From Mobula hypostoma (Eukaryota), in assembly GCF_963921235.1 (NCBI RefSeq), contig NC_086097.1, positions 24,430,001-24,494,000 on the forward strand: a stretch of DNA of 64,000 bases, written 5' to 3'. Under the pieces are notes generated by a model. That model had not been told where the DNA came from. It did no database searches and was given only the letters and a program-made list of their open reading frames with translations. The first letter of the stretch is position 1. Each line of letters opens with the position of its first letter. The translations under genes and the position numbers were made by a program. Below, in pieces: positions 24,401 to 36,622 of the stretch.

Positions 24401-24969
24401 AGAAACATTACTCTATTTAAATAATTTGTTCTACTGTTCTGAACTCTACATGCTGGGTAAGAGAACAATTTATCTCTCCATAGTTAGTGACCAGCTGATC
24501 CAACCAGTGTCTGTGTCTTTGCGTCTGAAGCTCTTTTCTGTTAAATACTGGAACTAAAGCAGAAGTACGGGCTCTTCTAGTTCTAGGTGGACTTCATCAA
24601 AAAAATTGTCCACTCCCTGAAAAGTAGGACATTGAGGATTGACCTGATAGAGGTTTGTAAGATCATAAGGAGCATAAACAGGGTAAACACACACATTGTC
24701 TTTTTTTTTCCCAGGGAGGGGTTGCTACAATCAAGAGGACATTGTTTTAAGAACTGAGGCAATAGATTTAAAATGGACATTAGGGACAGCTTCTTCACAC
24801 AATGTCTGTTGCTTCACACAAGTTTAGAAAAAGTGCCGGAGATTGTGTTTGTATGTTTTAGATCCAGTTTCTTCCCCTCCATCATCATATTTTTGAACGG
24901 ACATTGAGCAAACCAATGAACACTATCTCTCTGTTAAATAGCATCGTTTATTTAATATATATTTATATA

Positions 24970-25754
24970 CAGTGGATTCTGATTAATCGGGTCAGCCACT
25001 TATTTGGGACAACTCTTAAAGAACAAAAGCTAATTGAGAAAATAGACAGATTTCCCTTTGTTTATTTGGGACACTATGCTGCTTAATTGAGACAGGTGAC
25101 TGTTGCCGAACAGCTCCTAATTAGCATCAGACACGTGCCCTTATGTGGCTGTGAGACACAACACCTTGCTTAGAGGAAACAGTTTTTTAAATGGCGTCAG
25201 TGGCAGGTACTTGTGTCAAAAATCAGCAATTTTTGTCACTGATGGTTGAGGAGAAATAAGCAGTAAGACAATTCAGAATTGTTTTGTTCACTGCAGTTTC
25301 AAGCATTCTGTCTTGGAGATGTTGGAGTAAAAATGGAACAATTTTACTACTTGAACAATTTAAGAGCTATGAAGAATTTGAAGGCATCGACAATAAAAAT
25401 GAAGATTTGGAGGATGCAATTGTCAAAAATTTTATGAAGGCACTTCATTATCTATCCTAGGTATCTGTGCTGATTTTGTTCATTTGCAGTCAATCAAAAG
25501 GACACAGCAGTATAATTCCTCCATCGATAACTATTAGGAATTAATGCAGTTTTATAGTACTGTAGTAATAGTGATAGTGTCCTAATTTGTTCTGTGCTTC
25601 ATTTAAATGCAAAATTTGTTACTCATTTAAATGGTAGTTTGTCCTGTTTATACCTTTTTAACTATTTCTATAAAACTTTGGCTAAATGGTGCAGCTGCCT
25701 AATTGGGCCAACATGTACTGTTCCCAACATATTCCAATTAACTGGAATCCAATG
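24970..25754 (+). mobile_element. Tigger/pogo-like DNA transposon, non-autonomous deletion derivative
   Basis: ~22-bp TIRs CAGTGGATTCTGATTAATCGGG / TCCAATTAACTGGAATCCAATG. Left flank TA, right flank TG. Internal KTIQNCFVHC resembles the pogo DDE C-terminal motif. Confidence 0.75.
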
Positions 25755-26695
25755 TGTATATATTGGATATATAGACACAATATCTATCTTATTTTATTTT
25801 ATCTGTATTGTACAGTATTGCTGCTGTAAAACAACATATTTCACAGCAAGTTAATGGGGCAAGGAAGAATAATAGCTTGGCATGGAGTTGATGCACTGAA
25901 GGGCTTGTTTTTGTGCTGTAGTCTTCTATGCCTCTATGGCTTTAAAACCATCTGCACTGTTGTAAGTGCCTTCTCACCTTGACATTTTGCCCAACATTTT
26001 TCTGTCTTAAACTTCCATTTCCTCTGCACAAAAGCCGACAGTCTGCTTGTCTTCCAAGTTACTCACTGTATTTGTGTGTCATGTGTGAGGAAGATCTAAC
26101 ATAAATACTCCCAGAAACACTTAGCCTCATCATGCTGTTAGTGTGGAGTTTGCACGAACTTGTGGGTTTCCAATAAATACTCTATTTTTCTCCCATATCC
26201 CAAAGGCACATGTTTGTGTAGAGTAGAGTGAAGAAGATAGTCCAGAAGGTTGTTAGTGTTGTGGATAGTGCAGAAGGTTGTCATAGGCTACAACAGGACA
26301 TTGATAGGGTGCAGAGCTGGGCTGAGAAGTGGCAGATGCAGTTCAATCATGAAGTGATTCACCGTGGAAGGTTGAACTTGAAGGCAGAGTACAAGATTAA
26401 TGGCAGGATTCCTGAGCAGTCTGCAGGAGCAGAGAGATCCTGGCATCCAATGATATAGATGCCTCAAAGCTGCCACCCAAGTGATAAAAATGATTAAGAA
26501 GGCTAATGGTTTCTTGGCCTTCATTAGCTGGGGAGAACCAGAGCAACAAGGTAATATTGCTTCTCTATAAAACTCTAGTTACAACACAGTTGGAGTATTG
26601 TGATCAGTTCTGGTCACCTCACTATAAGAAGGATGTGGAAGCTTCAGAGAGGATGCAGATGAGATTTATCAGGGTGCAACTTGGATTCAAGAGTA

Positions 26696-28123
26696 CAATG
26701 CCAATGAAAAGTATTCACCCCTTTGGAAGTTTCCATGCTGTATTGTTTTACAACATTGAATCACAGTGGATTTAATTTAGTGTTTTTTTGACACTGATCA
26801 ACAGAAAAGATTCTTTTGTGTCAAAATGAAAACAGATCTCTACAAAGTAATTGATTCCATAAGTATTCACCACCTTTAATATGATACACCAAATCATCAC
26901 TGATGTAGCTAATTGGTTTTAGAAGTCACATAATTAGTTAAATGGAGATCACCTGTGTGCAGTCACGGTATCCCAATTGATTGTAGTAAAAATACACCTG
27001 TTTCTGGAATGTCCAACTGCAAGTGAGTCAGTATCCTGGCAAAAATTACACCACGGAGACAAAAGAGCTCTCCAAGAAACTCTGCATAACGCTTATTGCA
27101 AAGCACAAGTCAAAGAGATTGATACAAGAAAATTTCCAAGTCACTAATCATCACTTAGAGTACTGTTAAGTCCATCATCAAGAGATGGAAAAACATGGAT
27201 CAGCAATAAATCTGCCTAGAGCAGGCTGTCCTCAAAAACTGAGTGATTGTGCAGGAAGGGGCTATTGAGGGAGGCCACCAAGGGACCTATGTCAACTCTG
27301 GAGAGTTACAAACTTCAGTGGCTGAGGTGGGAGAGACTGTGCATACAACGACTGTTACCCGGGTGTTTCACCAGTCACAGCTTTATAGGAGAGTGGCAAA
27401 GAGAAATCTACTGTTGAAGAAACTCTCATCATCCCTACTGTGAAGCATGGTGGTGGCTGCATCATGCTGTGGGGATGCTTCACTGCAGTAGGGCCTGGAA
27501 GGCTTGTGAAGGTAAAGGGTAAAATGAATGCAGCAAAATACAGGGAAATCCTGGAGGAAAACCTGATGCTACCTGCAAGACAACTGCGCCTTGGGATAAG
27601 ATTTGTTTTCCAACAAGACAATGACCCCAAGCACAAGGCCAAAGCTACACAAGTCTTAAAAACAACGAAGTTAATGTCCTGAAGTGGACAACTCAGAGTC
27701 CGGACCTCAATCTAAATGAGAATTTGTAGATAGACTTGAAAAGGGCTGTTCACTCATGATCGCCATTCAATCTGACAGAGATTGAGCAGTTTTATAAAGA
27801 AGAATGGGGGGGAAATTGCAGTGTCCAGATGTGCAAAGCCGATAGAGACCTATTCACACAGACTCAAGGCTGTAATTGCTGCCAAAGGTGCATCTACTAA
27901 ATACTGACTTGAAGGGGGTGAGTAATTATGCAATCAATTATTTTGTGTTTAATAATTGTAATAAATTTTGATCACTTTGTAGAGATGTGTCTTCACATTG
28001 ACATAAAAGAGTCTTTCTGTTGCTCAGTGTCAAAAAAGCCAAATTAAATCCACTGTGATTCAATGTCGTAAAAAATAAAACACGACAACTTCCAAGAGTG
28101 GTGAATACTTTTTATAGGCACCG
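26696..28123 (+). mobile_element. Tc1/mariner transposon, IR/DR type, internally deleted (1428 bp)
   Basis: TA at both flanks (26694-95, 28124-25). Long TIRs of ~183 and ~212 bp, each with two AGTATTCACC-type direct repeats. Confidence 0.95.
27053..27907 (+). pseudogene. Tc1 transposase pseudogene
   Basis: [22 protein letters not shown] and QSPDLNxxENL motifs. Start codon appears mutated (ACG), there are frameshifts, and the segment with the first catalytic Asp is deleted near 27425. Confidence 0.9.
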
Positions 28124-29545
28124 TATATCCTAAGAGGCGAGGCTGAGTATGCTAGGGTTTTTCTCTTTTGAGTAAAGGCGGATGAGAGGTGATTAGAGGA
28201 TTACAAGATGATGAGGTGTAGATAGAGTGGGCAGCCAGCACCTTTTACCCCAGCATGGCAATGGATCGCACCAAGGGGCATCATTTTAAGGCGACTGGAG
28301 GAAAGTATAGGGGGGATGTTGGAAGTAAGTTTTTACAGAGTGGTGGGTGCGTGGAACGTGCTGCTAAGAGTGGTGATTGATAGATTAGGGACTCTTAGAT
28401 AGGCACATGGATGACAGAAAAATGGAGGCCGATGTTAGAGAAAAGGTTTTGATTGATCTTGAAGTGCATTAAAAGGTCAGCACAACATGACGAATCAAAG
28501 GTCCTGTACTGTATTGTGCTGTATTGTTCTATGGTACATTAATTGGTTGCTGTAAATTGACCCTACTGTATGACAGTAAGCGGTGGGAGATTCTGGAGAA
28601 TTCAAGATCGTTTAATGTCATTTCCTGTACACAAGTGTAAGAAGAATGAAATAATTTTTTTCTTCGGATCCAGTGCAGCACAAAGAAACAGAAAAGATAC
28701 TGAACACAATAAGTATATACATAAGATAGTTTCTATACATTGATTGTATGTCCATAAAGTGATGTTAGGCTGTATATTAGGGTAATGTTAATAGATGTGT
28801 ATGAGGGAATAGGATATTGGGAATATCAGCAGGGAAGTAGGGGTGATGGCAATGCTTTGTGAACTAGTATCAATTCAGTGGGCTGAGTGGCTTCCGTCTA
28901 AGTCAGCAGGCAAAATAAGAAAATATTAAGTGCTGGTGTAAAGAGTGAATCAGAAACATTACATGAATCAGATTTATTATCAAAGATTCAAAGTACATTT
29001 ATTATCAAAATATGTATGCAGTATACAGCCTTCCCACAGACAGCCACCAAACAAAGCAAACCAAGAAATCTGTTCAAAGGAAAACATCAAACTCCCAAAA
29101 CGGAAAAAAAAATCATGCGAATGGCCATGGATGTTGTGTCCTTGCTGTCTAGATATGCAGACCTGGTCAGTACAATAAGGAGAGCAAGCTGTTACTAATG
29201 TAGCAAGCTCCACCTCTCCACGCATCTGGTGAACCCAAAGAAACAGCAGACGCCGATGCAGTTTGGTTCCAGCAGCGTTGTAGGAGTTGCTTGTCAGCAT
29301 TGAATTCAGTGTAGGACTGATTTAGGGACTCCAGCTCTGGATTTTTCCCTCAGGGATTTACTCCCGAAGCCTTCCCCATGAGTGGGTATAGCCACAAGAC
29401 GCGAAGGTTTGAGATCAGAGTTTTCCTTCTCCTAGATGAGCTGCTAACCACGGCTAACATGCCCCATCTGCGTGAAGCGACTGGTTTCAAAGTGCCTTTG
29501 CACCTTCTCCTGTCAGTAGAAACGATTCCACCGGGCTTAGTAGCT

Positions 29546-30069
29546 TCTTCTCTTCTTCTTCGATTGCCCATCGATTTTGATGTTGACTGTGCTGAGAGTT
29601 TAGTCTCTGCAGGCACGTGTATGGGCCACAAGACCAGCACTGGATCGGCACTGTCTCCCACATCGGTTGCATTTGTGATTTGACTGGTCTGGCACTGAAC
29701 GTCTGCGTTCATGACTCCTTCATATTTCTTCTGCCTTTTCTCCTCAATAGCTGGTATTGAATTCTTGACAATGCTGTGCCAACTTCTTCTGTCCAAAGCA
29801 TCTTTCTCCCAGGTGTTGACATTCATGTCAGTGTTCTTCATATGGCACTTGAGCACATCCTTGTAGAGCATCTGCTGAACACCGTGCTTCCTCGTTCCTC
29901 ATGTAGCTCGCCAGAGAAAACAGCTTTGGGTAAACGATCATCGCTCATTCTTGTGACATGACCAGTCCAATGCAGCTGAGGAGCTGTAATGAGCTGTTCT
30001 ACACTGACTGTCCCAGCATGTTTGAGCATCTCTACATCTGGTACCCTCTCTTGCCACTTGATGTAGCTA
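29546..30069 (-). mobile_element. RTE-clade LINE 3' fragment
   Basis: QLHWTGHVTRMSDDRLPKAVFSGEL, YKDVLK..WEKDALDRRSW, C-terminal CxxC..H..C, (GAA)n tail, TSD AGTAGCT (29539-29545/30070-30076). Confidence 0.9.
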
Positions 30070-30112
30070 AGTAGCTAAGCCACACGTGAAGGCCAGGAAA
30101 TGGACTTGGTTG

Positions 30113-30291
30113 GTCGGGCAGCATCCGTGGAAACAATCAGTCAATGTTTCGGGCCATAACCCTTCATCTGACAAAGGGTTCCAGCCCGAAACGTTGACTG
30201 ATCGTTTCCACGGATGCTGCCCGACCTGCTGAGTTCCTCCGGCGTGTTGTGAGTGTTGCTTTGACCCCAGCATCTGCAGAGTATTTTGTGT
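30113..30291. mobile_element. Palindromic mini-Penelope insertion
   Basis: ~55-bp inverted arms centred near 30168. Imperfect TSD AATGGACTTGGTTG/AATGGATTTGGTCG. Confidence 0.85.
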
Positions 30292-31304
30292 AATGGATTT
30301 GGTCGTCGGAGGCCATCTGATTTGCATGCAATTGGGAGTATTTAATAGGTAATGGGAGCTTGTCTCCATTACCACCCTCAGCTATAACGACCTTAAGGAA
30401 CCAGGTGGTAGGTATATAATGTGGTAGATATACAAAATTTTATTGCTACCACATATGGAATTTCTCAACCATCTCTTAGGAATGGTAAAGTGTGGATCCT
30501 TGAGATAGGAGTCTGTGCTGTTAGAAAAGATTCAAAGTTCAAAAGCTCAAAATAATACTATATAATACAACCTTGTGATTAATTTTCTTGTAAGCATTCA
30601 CAGGAATGAAAATAAATGGAATAGAATAGAATCCATGAAAAAGCACACGTAAGAAAGGCAAGGTCTCTGAAAGTGAGTCTACAGGCTGTGTAATCAGATC
30701 AGTGCAGAGGCCGGTGAAGCCATCCACCCCAATCCAGGCACCCAATGGTTGCAGGGTGATAATTGTTCATGAACCTGGTGGCACGAGACCAAAGGCTCCT
30801 TCACCTCCCACCCGATATTCGTAGTGAGAAGAAAGGGAGGTGGGTCAAATGTAGGCAGACGGGAGAGGGGGGGACTTGGTTGGCAACAAGTAGGGCAGCT
30901 GAACACCAGTTCATTTTCCACTCTCGGGTTTTGACGCATTAAACTGTCATGAAGTCTGCCCTCGCGATGGCTGACCTTCACTCACTCAAGGTGCCATACC
31001 TGCATTCCCGAAAATCAAGTTCAACGGGTACATTGAATGTCAGAGAAACGTATGCAATATACATCCTGAAGGTCAGGTTCACTGAATCTTTCAGGAGATC
31101 GTAAAATCGCTAGCTAGTGTACACAGATGAAACTTGAATCTGATCAAACTTGAATCACTGAAGGATGTGTGACAGCTATGACAGGGTTTGAATGCTTTCC
31201 TCTCCTACAAAGTGAAACCAAGCAAATAGGTGAAACCAAGGCTTTGCTCCCCGGTGAGCTCAATGCACTTATGCTTGCTTTTGCCATCAAAGTACAGAGG
31301 CACA

Positions 31305-31915
31305 GTCAGGAAACTCCGATGACCTGTGATTTCAGTCTCTGAGGCCGACATGAGGGCATCCTTCAGGAGGGTGAACCCAGGGAAAGCATTCGGCCCAGAT
31401 GGAGTACCGGGCCGACTAATTAAAACCTGTGCCGATCAACTGAATAGAGGTGTTCAGTCATATCTTTAACCCTTCCCTTCGGCAGTCTGAGGCACCAAGC
31501 AGGCTTCAATTATTCCGGTGCGTAAGAAAAACTGATAACTTGCCTCAGTGACTATCATCCAGTAGCACTTACATTCACTGTGATGACTCTTGAACCGGAG
31601 AGGGTAACCTCACTCAGCTTCACTCGCCCCCATCACTGAACTGTTCCCATAAACAATGGACTCTCTTTCAGGATCTCTTCGTCTCATGTTCTCAATACTT
31701 ACTGCTTCTTTATTTTTTTTTCTTCTCTTTCTTTTTGTATTAGCACAGTTTTGTTTTGCACATTGGTTGTTGTCCATCCTGTTGGATGTGGTCTTTCATT
31801 GATTTTATTGTGTTTCTTGCAGTTAGTGCGATTGCCTGCAAGAAAATTAATCTTAGGGTTGTAATTATTGACATAATTATATGTACTTTGATATCAAATT
31901 TACTTTGAACTTTGA
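31305..31915 (+). mobile_element. Internally deleted Rex/Babar-type LINE
   Basis: RVNPGKAFGPDGV.. and DYHPVALT RT-N-terminal motifs joined at ~31587 to a 3' UTR ending in ACTTTGAACTTTG. Confidence 0.75.
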
Positions 31916-32107
31916 AAGTACATTGCTTAAAGGAAAATTACAGGCTTGCAATTGCAATGTTCATAGGTCAAAAGAACTATAACTTGCAGAATATTCAGAT
32001 TTCAGATTTAGAATTCACTTATTTATCACATGTACATCAAAACATATATTGAAATGCGTCATTTGTGTTCGACAACTAAGAATGTGCTGGGGGCAGTCCG
32101 CAAGAGA

Positions 32108-33270
32108 CGTGCAGTAGACGTGATGTACTTGTGCTTTCAGAAGGCCTTTGACAAGGTGCCACAGGTGGGCTGCTCAACAAGATAAGAGCCCATGGAGTTA
32201 CAGGGAAGTTACTAGCATGGGTAGAGCATTGAAAACAGAGAGTGGGAATGAAAGGATCAGTTACCAGCAGAGTTCCACAGGGGTCGGTGTCAATGATTTT
32301 TACGATGTCAGTGATTTGGACTATGGTATTAATGGATTTGTGGCTAAATTTGCTGATGATACAAAGATAGGTGAAGGAGCGGGTAGTGTTGAGGAAACAG
32401 AGAGCCTGCAGAGAGACTTAGATAGTTTCAGGGAATGGGCAAAGAAGTGGCAAATGAAATACAATATTGGGAAGTGTATGGTCATGCACTTTGGTGGAAG
32501 AAATAAATGGGCAGATTATTATTTAGATGGAGAGAGAATTCAAAATGCAGAGATGCAAAGGGGCTTGGGAGTCCTTGTGTAAGATACCCTAAAGGTTAAC
32601 CTCCAGGTTGAGTCGGTTGTGAAGAAGGCGAATGTAATGTTGGCATTCATCTCTAGAGGTATAGGATATAAGAGCAGGGATGTGATGTTGTGGCTCAATA
32701 AGGCTTTCTTGAGACCACACTTGGAGTATTGTGTGCAGTTTTGGGCTCCTTATTTTAGAAAGGATATACTGACATTGGAGAGGGTTCAGAGAAGATTCAC
32801 AAGAATGATTCCAGGAATGAAAGGGTTACCATATGAGGTACGTCTGGTAGCTCTTGGGCTGTATTCCCTAGAGTTCAGGAGAATGAGGGGAGATCTCACA
32901 GAAATATTCCGAATGTTAAAAGGCCTGAACAGATTAGATAAGGCAAAGTTGTTTCCCATGGTAGGGGAGTCTAGGACAAGAGGACACGACTTCAGGATTG
33001 AAGGACGTCCATTTAGAACTGAGGTGCAGAGAAATTACTTTAGTCAGAGGGTGGTAAATCTGTGGAACTTTTTGCCACGAGCAGCTGTGGAGGCCAAGTC
33101 ATTGGGTGCATTTAAGGCAGAGATAGGTTCTTGATTAGCCAGGGCATCAAAGGGTATGGGTAAAGGCAGGGGAGTGGGGATGACTGGAATTGGATCAGTC
33201 CAGGATTGAATGGTGGAGCAGGCTCAATGGGCTGAATGGCCTACTTCTGCTTCCATATCTTATGGTCTTA
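32108..33270 (+). mobile_element. CR1 LINE ORF2 fragment (RT through 3' UTR)
   Basis: KFADDTK RT motif (ORF 32148-32582), RPHLEYCVQFWAPY (ORF 32619-33134), tail TCTTATGGTCTTA. Confidence 0.95.
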
Positions 33271-34039
33271 AGAGGTGTCACACATTCCAGTGTCAACAAA
33301 ACATGCCCAACAAAGTTCAGCAGAACAATACGAGCAAAGCCCAGTCCTCCCTCCCATCTACTCACACACACACACACACAGATAGGCCTCCAACTCCAGG
33401 ACAGGTCGCCTCCAGGCCTCCAGCTGATTGAGTAGGACTGGCCAATACCGGAGTTAAGAAGATGAGTTGATCTCATTGAAACCAATCAGATCTTGAGAAG
33501 GCGGAGGTTCTAAAACTGCTTTTCTAAACTGACAAGCTCAGAGCTGATGTGTATTATCTAAAGATTGTCTGTTAAATACTGAGACGAGGAGATACTTCCT
33601 AAATCCAAGAGCTGTGAATCCTTGGAATTCTCCATCCCCGTGTCACTGAAAGTTTTCACCACTTGGATCAACACAGATGTTTATGGATGTCAGAGTTGGG
33701 CAAGAACGGGGTAGAGGAGAGGGGTAGTCATGAAAATTTAGGTGGAGAAGCATACCCGTAATCCTGGCCGTCCCCAGGACAAGAAACTCTCTTGTCAGCC
33801 TCAAGCAAAGTAGGATTCATTACAACATGGAAGCAGACAGTAGAGGAGTCCATGTGTCCCATTGTACCCGTGCCAGATGAACAGTCCATTAATCTAAAAC
33901 ATTAATTATGTTTCTCTCTCTCCTGATACTGCCTGACCAGTTGAGTATTTCACCATGTTCTATTCTTATCGCTTGGAATGATAGAAGAGGAATGAGGGGC
34001 TGATTGACCTTTTGTTCCAATAGTCCAGTTATCTTCTAA

Positions 34040-34310
34040 GAGGGAGAGATAGAAAAAGAGAGTGAGGTAGGGTAGGGAGGTTAGAGTGTGTGAAAGAGAG
34101 AGAGAGATAGTGAGGAATGTGAGAGAGAGGGAAAGAGTGCGAGAAATGAGAGAGCCAAAAAGGATGTGAGAGAGTGAATGAGACAGACAAAGCAAGCAAG
34201 AGAGAGAGACAGTGAGCAAGTGTGAGAATGGAAAAGAAGCAAATGGGAGTATGTGGGGAAGAGAGATAAAGAGAGAGTATGTGTAAGAGAATGTGAGAGA
34301 GAGAGAGAAT
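34040..34310. repeat. (GA)n-rich low complexity
   Basis: GAGAGA runs. Confidence 0.85.
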
Positions 34311-35034
34311 GATTCAAGAGGCAAAGCTATGCCTTCTGAAAGATTAAGATGGAGGATAACGTGCCTGTGTTGATCCCTTGCTGGATTTTAATGGTGGGGC
34401 CTCTGTGTCAGGAATTTATGCATCTTAAACAACAGCACACAGGTCTCTGATTCTTCAGTGCGAGCATTGGAGCACGTCGCCCTCTCCATTTCAATTTGTT
34501 CAGCTGAACCTCAAGAAGTGAGCAGTTTCTGCCCACCTTCGGGGAGAGAGGTGGTGGGGTGGGGAGAGATGCTGAGCCCTAGCACTGAAACCCAACCCCT
34601 TTTTATCTCACCTCTATCCTATGCTCATCAAGGGGACAGCTGGAAGGTTAATTACCCATCTTTTGGCAATCTATCTGGAGCAGGTAATGAATTTACAGGA
34701 TTGTGAATAACATTCTAACAACCTAATTGCTACGGTTGTACCCAGCATGCCATTACATTTAATATTAGCAAATCAGATTGTATTAGTTTAGCATAACAAA
34801 CAGTCAGAAATTTGTTATCTGAATCCTTAATACTGTGTCAATGGCCCATTTTATATTTAGCTACAAATTCCATTTATTTCTCCTTTATTCATATCCTGAA
34901 AGCAGTCAGGTGGAATTCACGATTGTACATGATGACAGATTGACAGGCAAATGAGTCCTGCTCAATGGCTTTTCAAGAGAATCAAAGGATATACTGCAGA
35001 TCTGGAGTAGGAAGGGGGGACTCGGGTAGAAAAT

Positions 35035-35411
35035 CACAGAGCATAAGGCATAGGTGCAGAATGAGGTCCATTCAGCCTATCGAGGCTGCTCTGCCAATCC
35101 AGCATAATTGATTTAATATCCCTCTCAATGCCACTCTTCTGCCTGCTCCACACAACCTTTAATACCCTCACTAATCAAGAACCTATCAACCTCTGCTATA
35201 AATATACACAATGACTTGGTGTTCACAGTCGTCTTTGATAATGAATTCCACAGATTCATGGCCCTCAAGCTAAAGAAATTCCTCTTCATTTCTGTTCACA
35301 AGGAGCGACCTACTATTCTGAAAATGTGCCATCTGGTCCTAGGCTCCCCCACTATAGAAGATGTCCTCTCCATGTCATCTCTATCTGGGCCTTTCAATAT
35401 ATAATGGGTTT
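35035..35411 (-). mobile_element. CR1 3' fragment (resumes at ~36628-36690 after a nested CR1)
   Basis: Reverse complement of the 5126-5719 family. Confidence 0.8.
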
Positions 35412-36622
35412 CATAGGAACATAGAAAACCTACAGTACAATACAGGCCCTTCGGCCCACAAAGTTGTGCCGAACATGTCCCTACCTTAGAAGTTACTAGG
35501 TTTACCCATAGCCCTCTATTTTTCTAAGCTCCATGTACCTATCCAAAAGCCTCTTAAAAGACCCTATCGTATCCGCCTCCACCACCATTGCCGGCAGCCC
35601 ATTCTACGCACTCACCACTCTCTGCGTAAAAAAAAAATTACTCCTGACATCTCCTCTGTACCTACTCCCCAGCCCCTTAAACTTGTGTCCTCTTGTGGCA
35701 ACTATTTCAGCCCTGGGAAAAAGCCTCCGACTATCCACATGATCAATGCCTCTCATCAACTTATACACCCCTATCAAGTCACCTCTCATCCTCCATCGCT
35801 CCAAGGATAAAAGGCCGAGTTCACTCAACCTATTCTCATAAGGCATGCCCCCCAATCCAGGCAATATCCTTGTAAATCTCCTCTGCACCCTTTCTATGGC
35901 TTCCACATCCTTCCTGTAGTGAGGCGACCAGAACTGAGCACAGTGAGGTCTGACCAGGGTTCTATATAGCTGCAACATTACCTCTCAGCTCCTGAATTCA
36001 ATTCAATGATTGATGAAGGCCAATACACCGTATGCCTTCTTAACCACAGAGTCAACCTGCACAGCTGCTTTGAACGTCCTGTGGACTCGGACCCCAGGAT
36101 CCCACTGATCCTCCACACTGCCGAGAGTCTTACCATTAATACTATATTCTGCTATCGTATTTGACCTACCAAAATGAACCACTTCACACTTATCAGGGTT
36201 GAACTCCACTTGCCACTTCTCAGCCCAGTTTTGCATCCTATCAATGTCCCGCTGTAGTTTCTGACAGCCCTGCACACTATCCACAACACCTCCAACTTCT
36301 GTGTCATTAGCAAACTTAATAACCCATCCCTCCACATCCAGGTCATTTATAAAACTCACGAAGAGTAAGGGTCCCAGAACAGATCCCTGCGGCACACCAC
36401 TGGTCATTGACCTCCATGCAGAAAATGACCAGTCTGTAACCACTCTTTGCCTTCTTTGGGCAAGCCAGTTCTGGATCCATAAAGCAATATCCTCTTGGAT
36501 TCCATGCCTCCTTACTTTCTGAATAAGCCTTGCATAAGGTACCTTATCAAATACCTTTCTGAAATCCATCTGCTCTTTCTTCATCAATGTGTTTAGTCAC
36601 ATCCACAAAAAATTCCATCAAA
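35412..36622 (-). mobile_element. Younger CR1 ORF2 fragment
   Basis: DFRKVFDKVP, SGVPQGSVLGPLLF, KFANDT (ORF 36003-36587). Same subfamily as 61198-62385. Confidence 0.95.

Larger units (their letters stand above)
26245..28530 (+). mobile_element. CR1 fragment split by a Tc1 insertion
   Basis: LQQDIDRVQSWAEKWQMQFN and LEYCDQFWSPHY before 26695. CR1 resumes at 28124. Confidence 0.85.
29195..30377 (-). mobile_element. Non-autonomous RTE-type element (5' UTR-like), split by two insertions
   Basis: The minus strand has the RTE-type 5' UTR motif CTAGGAGAAGGAAAACTCTGATCTCAAACC. The sequence joins up once 29546-30069 and 30113-30291 are removed. Confidence 0.7.

Noticed and set aside
33950..34324. 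Leu/Ser-rich ORFs
   Set aside because: Products of the (GA)n/(TC)n tract.
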